This document shows positions 39,726 through 49,800 of a DNA stretch of 64,000 bases, piece by piece; positions within the stretch are counted from its first letter, which is position 1, and each line of letters starts with the position of its first letter. The position numbers and the translations under genes were made by a program. This DNA is from a virus (lineage: Duplodnaviria > Caudoviricetes): IMG/VR virus record IMGVR_UViG_3300043959_000228; one strand, written 5' to 3'. Under the pieces are notes generated by a model. The model saw nothing but the letters and a program-made list of their open reading frames with translations, was not told the DNA's origin and did no database searches.

Positions 39726-40934
39726 ATGGCTAGAAAAACTCCAAAGAGAGGCGCCCGTGCATTCGGGAAGTCCTCGTCGTTCAAAGACACAAAAATGATT
39801 TGGGTTCTCATCGTCCTAGTGGCGTTGGTCATCGGATCTGGTGTGTTCTATATTCTGAATTCTATCATGAAGCAGGATACGTATTACGTCTTAAACGTGA
39901 ATGTACCTTCAAGAACTCAGATTACAACTGATTATCTGACACCAGTGACCACCAGTCATGGATCAGCTCCTCAAAATGCGTTAGGGTTAAGTGAGGTACA
40001 GAGTGGAACTCTGTATTCAAAATATCCACTGAATGCTGGCGACGTCATAGCCGCATCAAACTCTGGTGCGCTAGACTCAATTAATGAGGGCGTACCTGAT
40101 AATTGGGTCATCACGTCGTTCAATCCTGGAAGCTCAGATCCTATAGTACAGAACTTGCAGCGTGGAGATTACTTCGATCTCATGGTTACGAACATGAAGA
40201 AAGAGGATCAAACCACGACCGATGATCAGAATAATGTGACGAAGAACATTAAGGTTGGACAATGGCTCTTCAGGAATCTTATGATTCTTGATAATCCGAA
40301 TGCCACGGTGACATCGAAGACATCTGATTCAGCTAATTCAGCGACTACATCAACTCAAAACAGCACGACGATGTTCATGCTGGGTATGAGCCCACAGAAT
40401 GCTAGCATTCTTGCAATGGCCGCTAATCAATACGACATGAAGATCGTCATTAGCCCACGTCAGAATTCATACGCCAATCCTAAGACTCTTGACGCCTTAT
40501 ATCAGAGCTTCGATTTCAACGACGTCATTGGTAAGAATCCTACTGGTATCATAGCCAGCAATTGTGTGAGCTCCAAGACTGGACAAGAGGAACAAAAGGA
40601 TTGTACTGATAATACCTTCTCCGCTCAGCAGAGAGATAAATTCGGTGTGCCATACAGCTATAACGCCTCTGATGGTGATACACTCGACGAGAACGGTAAC
40701 CCACAGCCATTGACCGCTCATGAAATTGAATGGTGTGAACAACTGTTCGACGGAGCAGACGGTTACTACTCCAACTCTAAGTGGACGGATGAGAAGGAAT
40801 ACTGCGCTAAGCATTCCACGAAGGATCATAACTTCAAATCTCAACTAGCCGATGAGAACAAAGCTAAGAAGGAGGCCGCTAATGACTCAGCTGCAAACAG
40901 TCTTGGTGACACGTCCTCAAAGACTTCTCAGTGA
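39726..40934 (+). CDS. cpaB: Flp pilus assembly CpaB/RcpC-like SAF-domain protein
   Basis: TM helix, then YYVLNVNVPSRTQIT, PLNAGDVI, LQRGDYFDL and LFRNLMILD. Confidence 0.7.
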   Translation: MARKTPKRGARAFGKSSSFKDTKMIWVLIVLVALVIGSGVFYILNSIMKQDTYYVLNVNVPSRTQITTDYLTPVTTSHGSAPQNALGLSEVQSGTLYSKYPLNAGDVIAASNSGALDSINEGVPDNWVITSFNPGSSDPIVQNLQRGDYFDLMVTNMKKEDQTTTDDQNNVTKNIKVGQWLFRNLMILDNPNATVTSKTSDSANSATTSTQNSTTMFMLGMSPQNASILAMAANQYDMKIVISPRQNSYANPKTLDALYQSFDFNDVIGKNPTGIIASNCVSSKTGQEEQKDCTDNTFSAQQRDKFGVPYSYNASDGDTLDENGNPQPLTAHEIEWCEQLFDGADGYYSNSKWTDEKEYCAKHSTKDHNFKSQLADENKAKKEAANDSAANSLGDTSSKTSQ

Positions 40935-41108
40935 GGCGTAATCAGTAATTAGAGTCACGCCATGCGATACTCAGCCGCGTAGTAATACGTTCTGAGTATC
41001 GCATTTTATATTAGTTAATCATGCCTAAAGATCATCATGACCCGTAAACGGCGTCTTGATATCTAATTATCAGCAACAAGGCATCAACTTCACGAAGAGA
41101 GGCACAGA

Positions 41109-42578
41109 GTGGAAGCAGTGTTTATTGGTAACCAAGGTACCTATGATTTTCTCAGGCAGAACATCAAGCCTGATTGGAATTGGCAGATTCCTATAACCAG
41201 TATAGCCGATTTCTGGAAGGCCATGGATGAAGAGAAACTCAGTGATGATACTAATGTAATCATCGTTTCAGACGAATTCTATAATCAAGCTAGAAGATCA
41301 CATAATGAAGCCCTCCGGGACGCCTTCCTAGAATTGGTCTTTATCAGCACTCAGTCAGCATTGACCATGGTCGTCGAGTATTATCAGGATAAAGATCTCA
41401 TCGAAGGTGACCTTCTGAAATACGCTGGTGGACATCAAGAGGATGGAGAGATATTACACGACTACTGGTGGATAGACCCGAACAGGCCAAACCCATCTAT
41501 TGACTCTGCGATTAAATCGTACATCAACTCTAACGAAGCAGATCCAGATAATGTCAAAATGATAGCAGATGCTGAAAACATCCCAATGATGCATTATCAG
41601 GAAGAGGAAGAACCAGTAGATGACACGATAGAAGAGACATCATGGGCTGGTATTGAACAACCAGAAGAACAATACACGAATAATTATGGTAAGAAAGCCC
41701 GTATTATCTGTGTTACATCAACCAAAGGCGGCGTCGGAAAGACGACAACCGCTCTTGGTGGAGGCTCATGGCTAGCAGCATCAAGCTTGCAGTCAGAGGA
41801 AGCTGGCACGATGAAGGCTCGGCTAAAGGTCTGTGTCGTTGACCTTGACGTTGCTGATGCTCAGATAGGGTCTACCATTGGTAAGGCCTCACCGAATATT
41901 CTGCAGATAGCCATTAGTGAGGAAATCAACCAGGATGTGGTTGCTAAGAATCTAATTTATTCTGACAGAATGAAATGTTGGTTCTTACTAGCTCCTAAAC
42001 TTCCAACCTCGTCGGATAATATCCCCACCAGCAAATTCGCTGAAACCATCGACACGCTACAATACATGTTTGATGTGGTCATCCTGGACACCTCAGTGAA
42101 TTATAAGTCACAATTATTGAGCACGGTAGCCTATCCCAAGGCCGATAAGATTCTATTCGTCACCAGCCTTGACCGCAGGGCTGTCATTGGTATGATGAAA
42201 TGGATCATTTACAGTGGATCAAGTAAGGAAGCAAATGGTTCTGAAATTGATCTAGGAAAAACGTGTGTCGTTGTGAATATGAGTAGGAAGGGCGTTAAGA
42301 TGACTCGTAAAGAGCTCATCTCATCCATTAATAGTTCTACTCAACGGGCATACTCTTCATTGGATAGAAGCATTAACCCAGATGATTATAAGACCCCTGC
42401 CTTGATTGGCGCTGTACCAGACATTCCTGATGGCATGTTGATGCGACTATCGAATATGCAGCAATTCCAATTAGCCTTGGGCATACCTCCATTCGAGGGG
42501 CCCATCGGTGAGATCTTCAGGCAGCTAATGCCAAAGGCCTTCCAATCTGTTCTGCCGGCCGTTAAAATAGAGAATTAG
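41109..42578 (+). CDS. CpaE/TadZ-like MinD/ParA-family ATPase with N-terminal receiver-like domain
   Basis: STKGGVGKTT, VVDLD, FDVVILDT and VVN motifs; follows the cpaB-like gene. Confidence 0.75.
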   Translation: MEAVFIGNQGTYDFLRQNIKPDWNWQIPITSIADFWKAMDEEKLSDDTNVIIVSDEFYNQARRSHNEALRDAFLELVFISTQSALTMVVEYYQDKDLIEGDLLKYAGGHQEDGEILHDYWWIDPNRPNPSIDSAIKSYINSNEADPDNVKMIADAENIPMMHYQEEEEPVDDTIEETSWAGIEQPEEQYTNNYGKKARIICVTSTKGGVGKTTTALGGGSWLAASSLQSEEAGTMKARLKVCVVDLDVADAQIGSTIGKASPNILQIAISEEINQDVVAKNLIYSDRMKCWFLLAPKLPTSSDNIPTSKFAETIDTLQYMFDVVILDTSVNYKSQLLSTVAYPKADKILFVTSLDRRAVIGMMKWIIYSGSSKEANGSEIDLGKTCVVVNMSRKGVKMTRKELISSINSSTQRAYSSLDRSINPDDYKTPALIGAVPDIPDGMLMRLSNMQQFQLALGIPPFEGPIGEIFRQLMPKAFQSVLPAVKIEN

Positions 42579-42621
42579 TCAGCTGCATAGTAGTAGCCTA
42601 GGAAACGAAGAGGACGATAGG

Positions 42622-43524
42622 ATGAGTTCAGAAGAGGAAGAGGATAAGGTTATATCACCTATTCCGCTTATTAACTGGCGCGATGTTACGATCCGACCAT
42701 TCACGTCTTGTCATCATGTCAATGATCGACAAGGACAGATTGTGTATGATGCTCTCATGCATGGTAAACGTCATTTCGGCGTATCATCAGCTTCGTTATC
42801 ATGGATGAAATCGGATAAGATGAAGAATAAGCTTCCAGAAGGATGGAAGCCAGAGGTCGTTGATGTGGCTATAGATGCTGAGCATCGTACCACAAGGACG
42901 ATCATAAACTGGATGAAGAACAAACCAGCGGCCGTACTTATCGACTCAGTTCATATACCTGGCGTAGGAAAAGAGACAGTAGACGAGGAGACTGGATTAA
43001 TTGAGGGTGGAGACACAGATCATATTTTGATTATTGGGTCGAATATCTATGTTATCGACACTAAGAATTGGAAGAAGAAATCTCGATACACAATTGACGA
43101 TGATGGTAAGATTCTTCGGAATGGCAAATCCTTTCCGGGTGGTAAAGTCCATATGGACGCAGCCATTAAGATGTGGTATAAGTACATTGACGCTAATGTT
43201 GATAATGGCGCAGAATTAGCCGGAGCTATCTATATTGACAATGAGGATAAGCCAGATCCCAAAACGAAAGAATGGACGACGAGTGTTTTCCGCGACCAGA
43301 ATTGGTATCAACACTTTTGGTATCTCATTGAGGAGAGACGATGGATTGATTGGCTAGACAGCAAATATGTTGAACAAGCCGGATATGACAAGGATACTGG
43401 AGAAATCATGAATCCAGAGGCTATCAACACTATCTATCCATCATTGATAGCGCAGGTAGCTGTAACTTGCGTTAAACCCTATAATCGGAGAGAGGGTCTC
43501 ATTAATATGGCCGCTCTTAAATAG
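42622..43524 (+). CDS. NERD-domain nuclease-like protein
   Basis: AE..T, DSVHIP, DTDHILIIGSNIYVIDTKNWK. Confidence 0.75.
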   Translation: MSSEEEEDKVISPIPLINWRDVTIRPFTSCHHVNDRQGQIVYDALMHGKRHFGVSSASLSWMKSDKMKNKLPEGWKPEVVDVAIDAEHRTTRTIINWMKNKPAAVLIDSVHIPGVGKETVDEETGLIEGGDTDHILIIGSNIYVIDTKNWKKKSRYTIDDDGKILRNGKSFPGGKVHMDAAIKMWYKYIDANVDNGAELAGAIYIDNEDKPDPKTKEWTTSVFRDQNWYQHFWYLIEERRWIDWLDSKYVEQAGYDKDTGEIMNPEAINTIYPSLIAQVAVTCVKPYNRREGLINMAALK

Positions 43525-43550
43525 AATGCATCATCCTCGTTATATTTGAA

Positions 43551-43622
43551 GTGAATGCTTTTATGATGACTCTCCTTTTCCGCATTCATGGTAGCCCACA
43601 ATTGTGGGCTACTTGCCATTTT
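43551..43622 (+). ncRNA. candidate small RNA (stem with anti-SD loop plus terminator)
   Basis: GTGAATGC/GCATTCAT stem enclosing CTCTCCTTTT, then GTAGCCCACA/TGTGGGCTAC and a T-run. Confidence 0.35.
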
Positions 43623-43653
43623 AGATCATATATCCTACATATAAAACGACGCT

Positions 43654-43786
43654 TAGATCTAGTTAGGTTCAGAACACAAGTAAAGAGTCATGTTCTGAAC
43701 CCATTAAAATTGGTACTGGCCGTAAAAGCCCTCAGATGATACGTTATACTAGATGACTAGTTCTAGCTAATTAGAAGCGAGATCTA
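43654..43786 (+). repeat. 133-bp dispersed element, copy 3 (diverged, loop inverted)
   Basis: Same ends and length as copies 1 and 2; shared core CTGGCCGTAAAAGCCCTCAGATGATACGTTATACTAGA. Confidence 0.9.
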
Positions 43787-43807
43787 GGTCATCATTATCA
43801 TATGAAA

Positions 43808-43845
43808 ATAGCATTGGCGTTACCAACTGGTAACGCCAATGCTAT
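43808..43845 (-). terminator. terminator of the surface protein gene
   Basis: ATAGCATTGGCGTTACC / GGTAACGCCAATGCTAT. Confidence 0.8.
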
Positions 43846-43862
43846 CATTTATACGATAAGGG

Positions 43863-46661
43863 TCAGATTGATTCCGACACTGACTGCTTACGCTTGCTGG
43901 TCACCTCAAATCCAATTCCGAGAAGCAAGGCGGCAGCGGCAGACACAGCAAGGATGCTGACATCAGAGCCTGTTTTACCAAGTTCCTTAGTGACCTTACC
44001 ATTACCGGTGGTCTTATATACCGTAGATGCCGGAGCAATCTTCGGCGTTGGCTTGGTGGTATCACGATTCACCAGATTGTTCACATAGGCCGCCGTTGAT
44101 GTCTGAGCCGATGAGGTGTCTGATGCATGAGACGCTGATCCACTAGTAGAGGAAGATCCGTTAGACGATCCCTGCTGATTGTTACCAGTATCAGATCCAT
44201 TCTGCTGATTGACAAGAGCATCAAGCTTTGCCTGAGCGTCAGCGAGATTAGCCTTAGCGGTATTCAATGCCGCAAGAGCCAATTGCAATTCCTCATTCGA
44301 GGTGTCGGCCTTAGCTTTGGCGGCAGTATATGCTTCGGTAGCTGTATCATAGGCCTTCTGAGCATCAGCAAGTTTCGCCTGAGCCTTTTCTAAGGCGTTC
44401 AGCTTCGACAGTGCATCAGCGTACTTTGACTCAGCAGCTGTTGCAGCCGCCTTAGCCTTATTCAGATCAGCTTCAGACGCCTTCACAGTGTCAGCGGCCT
44501 TTGCAGATGCGGCGGCCGTAGTAGCCACGGTGTCCTTAGCCTTGGCAAGAACAGTATTAGCATCGTTCAACTTGGTCTGTGCAGTATCGGCTGCTGTCTT
44601 CGCTGCTGCGAATTTGGTCTGAGCATCGGAAAGAGCCTGCTTAGCTGCGGCCAGACGATTAGCCGCATTATGGACGTTCTGAGCATGAGTCTCAGCAGCC
44701 GTAGCCTTGGCAAGAGCATTAGTCAGGTCAGATGACGCCTTGGCAAGAGCATCCTTAGTGGTTGTCACTGCAGCCGCTTTCGCCTCAGCGTCCGATGTAG
44801 CAGTAGTGAGAGCCTGCTTAGCTGCATCTGCTTCGGCATGAGCCTGAGTCTGAGCGTTAGACACCTTCTCGAAATTCGCCTCAGCGGCAGTAAGAGCAGC
44901 TTTAGCTTCATCCAGTGAAACTGCCGTCGAATTCTCCACGTAATCCTTATACTGCTGGAGGAGACTCAAATAATCAGCAACGGTGATTGATGTTGTGTAG
45001 CCATAACTCGACGCCTTAAAGATCTGTGTAGATCCATATGTCTGACCAGGCTGGTCGTTATAAGCCATTCCGAACACGGTCGTTCCCTTAGCCATGAAGT
45101 TCAGATAATGGCCGACCTTCTCGAACTCACCTGGATACGCCTTATACATCTGGTACGAGGTCATGTTCGCAGCATCAGGATGCGTCTTTACGAACTCCTC
45201 AAACTCAGCCTTCTCCTCGTCATACCAACCTGAGTAAGGCCATGCATGAGTACCATCGGCATTATTCGCGTATTCACCTGGACCGCCCCAAGCAAGATTC
45301 TCCACAGAATCGTCGTAATACATAAACGAACCGGCGTGAAGAGTATGATTAGCTGAATAATCTCCGTTCAGCATAGATACGGCCATCATCGTCAGGGTGA
45401 CATTCATTTCAGGAAGTCCATTCGCCCTACGAATAGCATTTACCTCATTCAAATACGAGGCAGCTTTGAACAAATTCTCGTAACTGGTCGTATCACCAGT
45501 TGCACCGAGCTTGACGTAATCGTTATACCATGTAGCACCTGAATTGACAGCATATCCATTATGATTAGTAATGAAATACAATGCACGAGTAGCGTCAGCA
45601 AGCTGGGCGCTAGTCACACCAGGTCGCTTGGACATCCAGTCAAAGAAAGCCTGTGCGCCACCGGCCTTCAACTGAGCAGACTGATCTGAAGTAGATGTAC
45701 CATTCTCAATCTTAGCAATAGTGTCCTTCGCCTTCTGGACGTCATTGTACGCATTTACAAGGTCCTGATCCGACTGATCGGACTGTGCGGCCTTAGCGTC
45801 AGCAGTCTTCTGTGCGGCCTCCTTGGCGGCGGCCGCTTCATCCGACGCGGCCTTAGCAGCGTCAGCGTCCTTCTGAGCCGAGTCCTTCTGAGCCTGAGCA
45901 GTATTAGCAGCGTCCTTAGCGTCTGACGCAGCCTTGTCGGCGGTTGCTGGATCTTCCTTGGCGTCATTAGCTGCCTGATCCGCGGTCTTCTGAGCATTGT
46001 CAACATCAGTCTGAGCAGATGACTGATTCTTGTCAGCAGCTGCCTTGTCAGCAGCTGCCTGATCCTTTGCCTTCTGTGCGGCTTCCTGGTCTGCGGCGGC
46101 CTTCTGAGCGGCCTGATCCGCGGCAGCCTGCGCTGCCTTATCAGCTTCGGCCTTCTGTGCGGCTTCATCGGCCGCTTTCTGAGCAGCGTCCTTCTGAGCC
46201 TGAGCATTGTCCACATCGGACTGCGAGGTAGATCCACCTGGCTGAGCGGCCTTGTTCACATCGGTCTGAGCGTTGTTGACATCGGTCTGAGCAGACGACT
46301 GATTAGCTTTAGCGGCGTCAGCGGCCGCGTTATTCTGATTGGCTGTCTGCTGAGCGGTGTTAGCGGCAGACTGAGCATTGTTCACATCGGTCTGAGCATT
46401 ATCAACATTCGTCTTAGCGTCCTGTACCGGATCAACCGCAGGAGTAGATGCCGCATTGGTCGTCTCAGTAGTTGGCGAATCACTGGTCTGAGAAGTTTGA
46501 GTAGGTGCCTGATCCGTAGGCGTAGCTTCATCAGCCATGGCCGTCTGACCGAACAGCATGCTCGAACCGGCAAGAGCGAGGGCGCCAGAAGCGATCACCA
46601 AGCCAGTCTTCGTACTACTCTTCATGCGATTATTCGCTGGATCATTGTATTCTGTTTTCAT
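43863..46661 (-). CDS. sortase-anchored surface protein with Ala-rich coiled coils and a central CAP/SCP domain
   Basis: Signal peptide (AMA-DE), TDVNNAQ/QKAAD repeats, VNAIRRANGL..ENLAWG..GHYLN, then LGKTG, TM and basic tail. Confidence 0.85.
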   Translation of the reverse strand: MKTEYNDPANNRMKSSTKTGLVIASGALALAGSSMLFGQTAMADEATPTDQAPTQTSQTSDSPTTETTNAASTPAVDPVQDAKTNVDNAQTDVNNAQSAANTAQQTANQNNAAADAAKANQSSAQTDVNNAQTDVNKAAQPGGSTSQSDVDNAQAQKDAAQKAADEAAQKAEADKAAQAAADQAAQKAAADQEAAQKAKDQAAADKAAADKNQSSAQTDVDNAQKTADQAANDAKEDPATADKAASDAKDAANTAQAQKDSAQKDADAAKAASDEAAAAKEAAQKTADAKAAQSDQSDQDLVNAYNDVQKAKDTIAKIENGTSTSDQSAQLKAGGAQAFFDWMSKRPGVTSAQLADATRALYFITNHNGYAVNSGATWYNDYVKLGATGDTTSYENLFKAASYLNEVNAIRRANGLPEMNVTLTMMAVSMLNGDYSANHTLHAGSFMYYDDSVENLAWGGPGEYANNADGTHAWPYSGWYDEEKAEFEEFVKTHPDAANMTSYQMYKAYPGEFEKVGHYLNFMAKGTTVFGMAYNDQPGQTYGSTQIFKASSYGYTTSITVADYLSLLQQYKDYVENSTAVSLDEAKAALTAAEANFEKVSNAQTQAHAEADAAKQALTTATSDAEAKAAAVTTTKDALAKASSDLTNALAKATAAETHAQNVHNAANRLAAAKQALSDAQTKFAAAKTAADTAQTKLNDANTVLAKAKDTVATTAAASAKAADTVKASEADLNKAKAAATAAESKYADALSKLNALEKAQAKLADAQKAYDTATEAYTAAKAKADTSNEELQLALAALNTAKANLADAQAKLDALVNQQNGSDTGNNQQGSSNGSSSTSGSASHASDTSSAQTSTAAYVNNLVNRDTTKPTPKIAPASTVYKTTGNGKVTKELGKTGSDVSILAVSAAAALLLGIGFEVTSKRKQSVSESI

Positions 46662-46876
46662 TGTCATCCTTTGATTTAGACGTGTATGATCTGCATAGCT
46701 CTTAATGCAAACTATGATTACATAATAACACAATATTAGATATGTACAATTTTTGTCAATATGACTGGCGTGTCGAAAATCGTATCATCGTTCTAACGTT
46801 GACTGATATGCTATTCATCTTCTGTCATGGTACAATGATCCATATAATTAATCATTGATGTAGGAGGTCATGATTC

Positions 46877-49800
46877 ATGTCGTCTGACGGTTCAGGATTC
46901 GTCAATCTTCACACTCATTCTCATTATTCTATCCTTGATGGATACGCTACACCAGAGGAGTATCTGCGCCGGGCGTCATCACTAGGTCAGTCTGCTCTCG
47001 GTCTTACTGATCATGGTAATCTTTATGGCGTGCACGAACTCATTAAAACCGCTAGGGACCTTTCTAGAAGTAAGAACAAGAAAGGCAAGCCGCAGAATCC
47101 TATCTACGTGAAGCCAATTGTTGGTATAGAGGCCTACGTCGCGCCGTTGAATGAGGATGGGGCACGACATAAGGGTCCTATTTACTACGGTCAAGGCGAT
47201 CATGAATCTGATGTATCGGCCAGTGGAGCGTATCTCCACTTGACCCTGTTGGCCATTAACGATATAGGATTCCACAATCTTATCAAACTCAGCACGGAAT
47301 CATTCAAACGAGAGAACTTTTACTATAAGAATCGTATTGACCAGGACATGCTGGCCAAGTGGAATGAAGGCATCGTCGCTTTCACTGGATGTCCTTCAGG
47401 AGAGATCCAAACACGATTACGATTAGGTCAGAAGAAGGAGGCCTATGACTACGCTCGAAGAATGATGGACTTATTCCCAGATCGATATTATGTCGAGATC
47501 ATGCAACATCATATGAAACGCGGATTAGAGAGGGAAATTCTACCAGAGCTGGTTACACTAGCTGATGATCTTAATCTGCCCTTAGTGGCCACGAATGATG
47601 CTCATTACTCTGCTCCAGAGGACGCCCTACACCAGGATGAAATGTTATGCATCCAGACCAACACGACCGGTGGTTCCTCCTATATGAACGACGCTACTAA
47701 AGATGAGGGAGGCCCACGATTCTCATTTGATGGAGACGACTATTATCTAAAATCAGAAGAAGAAATGTTATCAGTCTTTCCAGATGACCAGTATCCCAAT
47801 GCCGTGAGTAATACTGTTCGCATAGCGAACATGGTCGGTGACTGGTGGTCGAACGACGACGCTCTTATTGATCTACCTCATGCTCATGGTGGCATCGATG
47901 AACATATGAATCCATCTGGAAAAGGATTCACTTATTTCTCATCAACTACGTCAAACGTCAATGGATTCCAACATACTGATCGTAAGAGAATGCAGAGTCT
48001 TATTGATGATGGATCCATAGCACTTGGCCCATATGATCTCAGTCTGACAAAAGGCATTAGGCCAAAGATCACCATACCTGAGGGCTGGTCTGAAACTGAT
48101 TGGTTCAAGAAGAAGATTAATGATGGCTATGAGAATCGTCGTGTTATGGCCGGTGATAGCCCAGAGGTCTTAGCTGAATCGAAGAGGCGCATCAATGAGG
48201 AGATGCCCGTCTTCGTTAATAACGATTTCACGCAATATATGCTGGTCGTTCAGGATTATATCAATGCTGCTCGTCAAGCCGGCATATCCATAGGATATGG
48301 CCGAGGATCTGTTGGAGGCAGTGAGATAGCCTATCTGTTAGATATCTCAAGGACTGATCCTATCAAGCACGATCTGCTGTTCGAGAGGTTCTTGAATCCT
48401 GAGCGAGTGAGCCCACCAGATGTGGACACTGACTTTCAATCAAGCCGTAAGAACGAAGTCCTCGTCTACGCCAAATCTAAGTATGGTTCAGACAAGGTTG
48501 CTAATATCATTACCTTTGGCACGTTTGGCTGTAAGCAGGCTTTCCGTGACGCTGCTAAGATCTATCATATGCTACCGAATGAGGTCAATCTCGTATCAGG
48601 TATGATACCTGATGGAAGCACTGAGGAAGGCAATCCGACTATGGAGGCCATGTACGACCCAGAGTCTAAATGGTATCCTCTTGCTGGTGATTTTCGGAAG
48701 GCGGTTGCCGACGGTGGTGACAAATGGTCGAAGATCGGTGATGCAGCCATCGCTCTACAGGGGCGGATCAAATCTCTTGGTACGCATGCTTGTGGCGTAA
48801 TCATGAGTGATGAACCAATTAGTGATCGCGTGCCATTATGTTGGGAAAGCAACGAGAAGAAAGCCGCGGAGAATGTCTGGGTTGATTGCAGAGTGCAATG
48901 GGGATATGAGGCTTGTGAATCTATGGGCCTTATCAAGATGGACTTCCTATCCTTATCCGATCTTGATGTGGTTCAGGATACGCTACATAACATTGACAAT
49001 ATCGAGAATGCTGAGGAGGGGCTTAGTCATGTTGATGGTGTAGTCGATCAGATTGTTCGTGCACACAAGGATCCGCCTGACTTTGACGCTATTGTTCATG
49101 GAGATATGGATGATATTGATACGTATGCTATGCTGAGTAAAGGTGATTCTATTGGATGCTTCCAGCTAGGTAGTGAGGGCCAGCAAGATCTGCTCCGATT
49201 AATGCGGCCAACTGAGTTCAATGACATCGTTGCTATCAATGCTCTATATCGTCCTGGACCTATGAAGCAGAACGCTCATCTAGCATACTCGAACAGGAAG
49301 AACGGTCGAGAGCCTGTATACGTCATTAATAAGGACTTGGATCGCGCGTTCAAGGGCACGCCAGTTGAAGACATTCTTAGTACAACATGGGGATGCATGG
49401 TCTACCAGGAGCAGATCATGCAGATATCCAGGAGATTGTCTGGATATTCTAGAGGCGAGGCCGATTCTCTTCGTAAGGCCATTGGTCATAAGATTCCCGC
49501 TGAGATGGAGAGGAATAAGACTAAATTCATTGAAGGCGCTATGACGAATAACGCTGATCATAAATATCATTATACGAAATCTGATGTGGAGAATCTTTGG
49601 TCATTCATCGAAGGATTTGCTAAGTACGGATTCAATAAGAGCCATTCAGTGTCATACGCTATCACAGCCTATGAGACGGCCTATTTGAAAGCCCATTATC
49701 CTTCTGAATTCTATGCTGCTCTGATGACTGAGAAGATCGGTAAGAAGGACGATCTAGCAAAACTGTTAGCGTCTCTACGGGCACGGGGTTTGAACATTGG

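Noticed and set aside
41109-42578. plasmid partition ParA paired with the 22079 ParB
   Set aside because: The genes are 17 kb apart; the ATPase follows cpaB and has CpaE-like architecture, and the ParB-N protein shows no clear HTH.
43551-43739. 62-aa ORF
   Set aside because: It runs through a terminator hairpin and the 133-bp repeat.
15224-43786. CRISPR array interpretation of the repeats or of the TnpB as a Cas12
   Set aside because: The copies are kilobases apart with no repeat-spacer periodicity, and there is no array or cas1/cas2 near tnpB.
45780-46420. tandem-like DNA repeats
   Set aside because: They are coding repeats (TDVNNAQ, QKAAD) of the surface protein.
47820-48060. possible intein in the DnaE insertion
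   Set aside because: It is too short and lacks C/S-start, HN-C/S/T end and LAGLIDADG motifs.
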